64,000 bases of DNA from an uncultured archaeon (GTDB lineage: Archaea; Asgardarchaeota; Thorarchaeia; Thorarchaeales; Thorarchaeaceae): contig CAZLEV010000005.1 in assembly GCA_964558645.1 (NCBI GenBank), forward strand, positions 96,001 to 160,000, read 5' to 3'. Positions within the stretch are counted from its first letter, which is position 1. Every line of letters starts with the position of its first letter. Below the pieces are notes generated by a model, which saw nothing but the letters and a program-made list of their open reading frames with translations, searched no databases and was not told the origin of the DNA. The position numbers were made by a program, and so were the translations under genes. Positions 60,989 to 64,000 of this stretch are shown piece after piece.

Positions 60989-62332
60989 TCAGTATTGATT
61001 CGGTCCATCGTATTCAACGTAGTAGTAGAAGTCGAGCTTCCAGTGGAGTCGTCCGTTGTAGTTCCCACCATCATAAACAGGGTCACTATCATAATGCGCA
61101 TCATCGGCTCCGGAGTAGATTCGAATACAATCAAAGGAATACGCATTGAGCCAATAGAACCAGGGCATATCGAAAAGACTTCCCGTTGGGTCGCAGTGCT
61201 TCCATGTGCCGCTCACATATACCTCGCACCATGCGTGACCGAACTTTTCCCCGAGATGATATCCGTATCCCAATATATATCTACACGGGATGTTGAGCAC
61301 CCTGAGAAACGAAAGGAGTACGACGGAAAACTCGTCACACACACCGCGCCAATTGGAGTTGTACGAAAACATGTCAGAGTTAGTCGTTTCCCAATAGCAA
61401 CTCGCATCATCATAGGTCATTAGAGAGTGTACTGCACTCGTGAGAACCTCGGCGGAGTATTCGGGATAACTGATCTTGTCGTCAACCAGATAGCCAGCCT
61501 GATATAGTATCGGCTCCCACATCGGATGAAATAACGAACATGAATCCGATATTGAGTAACCATCATTAGGTAGGCCCTCCCAGTAGTAGTTCGGGTTTCC
61601 TGACTCTACAGTCATGCTATCGCTAGGAGGCAGGCCTCCGTAGGTCTGTAAATCAGCCAGACCATAGCGTGCAACGAACTCATAGTCCCAATTCCAACCT
61701 CGGGATATCCAGTCCCAAGACATCCCTGGAGCCGCTTCAGGTTCCACAGTTGTTACTCCATATGGCACTATACTCCCGCTCTTGTAGTAGGCCTTGCCAG
61801 ATACTTGTACCTCGGCCCGCTTCAGCCCAACAGAATAGGAGGAAGAGAGATAGCACGCCAATGAATACTCGTCAGTTGGGCCGTCAATCCTGACATTCGA
61901 GGCGGATGAATAGACCTCTCTCTGCTCACCACCATCACCATCATGGTCAAAGCCCTCGAATACGAAGTCAAGATCTGCATAGACGTAGCCGTCCATATAT
62001 ACGTCAAACTGAACGTAGAAATACTGGGTCCTGGTCCAAAGAGATGGGACAGTCACTACAATGGTGATACTTCGTCCGTAGCTCTCTACCATCTGCCCCT
62101 GAGGTTCACGGAGTGTCCTCACTGAAACAACTGATCCATCCTCCAACCTAGTCATATTCGGCGTTGTCAGAGGCATTTCAAAATGCTCGATATCACGCGA
62201 ATCTCTATTGTCTGCTGTCCCAGATAAGGGAGATCCCATCGGAATTGGGGCTGCCTGCACTATGACAGTGAAATTGACTCCCATCCCAAACACTATAAGA
62301 AGCATTACCACTACTGTAAGATGTTTCTTCAT
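60989..62332 (-). CDS. Secreted transglutaminase-like (Cys-His-Asp) protein
   Basis: Signal peptide MKKHL..., RGVCDEFS, IPCRYILG, HAWCEVY and W.HCDPT. Confidence 0.88.
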   Translation of the reverse strand: MKKHLTVVVMLLIVFGMGVNFTVIVQAAPIPMGSPLSGTADNRDSRDIEHFEMPLTTPNMTRLEDGSVVSVRTLREPQGQMVESYGRSITIVVTVPSLWTRTQYFYVQFDVYMDGYVYADLDFVFEGFDHDGDGGEQREVYSSASNVRIDGPTDEYSLACYLSSSYSVGLKRAEVQVSGKAYYKSGSIVPYGVTTVEPEAAPGMSWDWISRGWNWDYEFVARYGLADLQTYGGLPPSDSMTVESGNPNYYWEGLPNDGYSISDSCSLFHPMWEPILYQAGYLVDDKISYPEYSAEVLTSAVHSLMTYDDASCYWETTNSDMFSYNSNWRGVCDEFSVVLLSFLRVLNIPCRYILGYGYHLGEKFGHAWCEVYVSGTWKHCDPTGSLFDMPWFYWLNAYSFDCIRIYSGADDAHYDSDPVYDGGNYNGRLHWKLDFYYYVEYDGPNQY

Positions 62333-62682
62333 GCGAATCCACCACGAATTCGTCAAATAATATGCCGATACTTGCAATAAATCTTTCGGGGCATCAAGCA
62401 TACGTCGGTCAGCAACTCTGTGGTGACGAGGTTATCCCATGGCCAGCATACCGCCCTTTCTTACCAACGAAGACATCAATGACATTGGCCCTATCTAGTG
62501 CATCAGGTCGATGAATCGGTTGAGAAGTGTCGATAGCCCCTACCAGAGGAGCTATTTCTCTGTTACTAACTACTTGCATCTGGAGGGGAGATGGCGTTGT
62601 ACTGATGGGGTTCTCTCCATCAAAGTTTTATGGCCTCTTCTCCATCCTCAACACAAGATAGCCGGAATTAGGGGGAATTCAA

Positions 62683-64000
62683 CTGAAACCAGGAACGACC
62701 ACCTTAGTTGCGCTCACGGTAGCATTACTGATTGCCTCACAGACATGTATCACAACGAATCAACCGCCTGCTTTGCATTCTAGACTGAAGGATTCCCAAC
62801 CTGCATCGCATGTCAGTCACGATCCAATTATCATCCGCGATGACCAAGACTTCATAGATCAGGGCTGGCCGGGTTCTGGCACAGAGGAAGATCCCTACCT
62901 CATCGCCGGACTAGACATCACAGACAATGCGACCTGCATCTTTGTGTTCCAGACGACCGTGCACTTCACCATCCGGGACTGCATCATCTCGTCGCCCGGC
63001 GTGTCTTTAGGATTTGGTGTGCATCTTGTGGATGTCCAGCACGGATCCATAGAGAGCTGCATTGTCAGCCACCATGCTATCGGTATCTTCCTCATGGTCT
63101 GCACCGATTGTGTCCTGAGGAACAATACAGTGAGCCAGTGCGAGAGAGGAATGGAACTGCAGGGTTTGGAAGACTGCACGGTGAGTGGTAATAGCATCAT
63201 GGAAAATGATGTCAACGGCATGGTCATCTTCGAGTCGTCTGCCTGCACAATCACGAACAACACAGCCAGCGAGAACGAGAGGGGATTTGGTCTGACTGGC
63301 TCAGACAGAATACTCCTGACAGACAACATTGCCATCCGCAACAACAGGAATGGGTTCCGGATTACTGGGATTCTACGACAGGGCTCCGTAGTCACCTCGG
63401 ATGACTGCATTCTGAGTAACAACACGGCCATTGCAAACACAGAAAGCGGGTTCCTGTTAGATTACACAAGGAACTGCACGCTTGTAGAGAACACAGCAGA
63501 ACAGAACCAGTACGGTGTCTACCTGTCAGAAGCGTCTCGCAGTAGCCTGGTCTACCTGAACAGCATGTTCAACAATACGATCAACGGATTTGACAATGGC
63601 ACCCTGAACCGGTGGGATAATGGAACCCACGGAAACTATTGGAGCGACTACAGTGGAAGAGGGGCATACACCGTACCGGGACCGGCTCAGAGCACTGACG
63701 ACCATCCCTTTGTCTACGGACTCGTTCCACCCCAGATAGATCAGCCCCCCGATGTGGAATACGAGGTTGGGAGCACGGGAAACTCGATCCAATGGCATAT
63801 TTCGGGTTCCCATCCTGACTCGTATGACCTCTTCCTGAATGGCACCCTCATAGAGTCTGGCGAATGGGAGGAGAACAACTTCACCGTTGATGTCGATGGG
63901 CGGGATGCGGGAGTGTACAATTACACATTGGTGGTCCGGGATATCACCGGAAACACTGCGCGGGACACTGTGATGGTCGTCGTCAAGCCCTCTGCGCTCC
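62683..64000 (+). CDS. NosD/right-handed parallel beta-helix surface protein with Ig-like repeat (3' truncated; not in the ORF track)
   Basis: Hand translation from the CTG at 62683 (after AGGGGGA) gives a signal peptide, HDPIII.DDQDF..QGWPGSGT.EDPYLI.GL.I, Asn-rich PbH1 repeats and GNYWSDY. The frame is open to the window end. Confidence 0.85.
   Translation, partial: MKPGTTTLVALTVALLIASQTCITTNQPPALHSRLKDSQPASHVSHDPIIIRDDQDFIDQGWPGSGTEEDPYLIAGLDITDNATCIFVFQTTVHFTIRDCIISSPGVSLGFGVHLVDVQHGSIESCIVSHHAIGIFLMVCTDCVLRNNTVSQCERGMELQGLEDCTVSGNSIMENDVNGMVIFESSACTITNNTASENERGFGLTGSDRILLTDNIAIRNNRNGFRITGILRQGSVVTSDDCILSNNTAIANTESGFLLDYTRNCTLVENTAEQNQYGVYLSEASRSSLVYLNSMFNNTINGFDNGTLNRWDNGTHGNYWSDYSGRGAYTVPGPAQSTDDHPFVYGLVPPQIDQPPDVEYEVGSTGNSIQWHISGSHPDSYDLFLNGTLIESGEWEENNFTVDVDGRDAGVYNYTLVVRDITGNTARDTVMVVVKPSAL

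Noticed and set aside
1-64000. rRNA, tRNA, CRISPR arrays, transposases, integrases, DNA methyltransferases
   Set aside because: None was recognisable by eye; tRNAscan-SE, Infernal and ISEScan would be needed to exclude divergent cases.

Overview
Archaeal chromosomal window, probably an Asgard archaeon. Thorarchaeota is inferred from the Thr-rich C-terminally anchored surface proteins, the family-5 solute-binding protein with Ig-like repeats, the NosD-type beta-helix protein, the double-HTH Lrp regulator and the isopentenyl-phosphate kinase. The left part holds housekeeping and metabolic genes: RACo/ASKHA, HDAC, LarE, an M24 peptidase, tusA-iscS-iscU (fused to a TrxB-like domain), an isoprenoid kinase/reductase cluster, an ABC solute-binding protein and an S8 protease. 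The centre (~24.6-38.1 kb) is a lower-GC defence island. It contains a DNA phosphorothioation module dndC-dndD-dndE without dndA/dndB, a co-oriented four-gene pbeABCD-like effector block (PLD-helicase, an unannotated 56-aa ORF, a Rad50-like ATPase and a small protein), and a convergent GHKL/MORC ATPase + PD-(D/E)XK nuclease operon. It also has two 'reader domain + degenerate restriction-nuclease fold' genes, one with an SRA domain. Just outside the island, a 2TM-wHTH-HEPN gene lies between two 54-bp direct repeats. The right part encodes redox genes (Trx, CcdA, TlpA), surface proteins, an ABC-2 exporter, an Fpg/Nei-like protein, a phosphodiesterase pseudogene and a transglutaminase-like protein. 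No rRNA, tRNA, CRISPR array, integrase or transposase was seen. All calls come from reading motifs; no database search was run.
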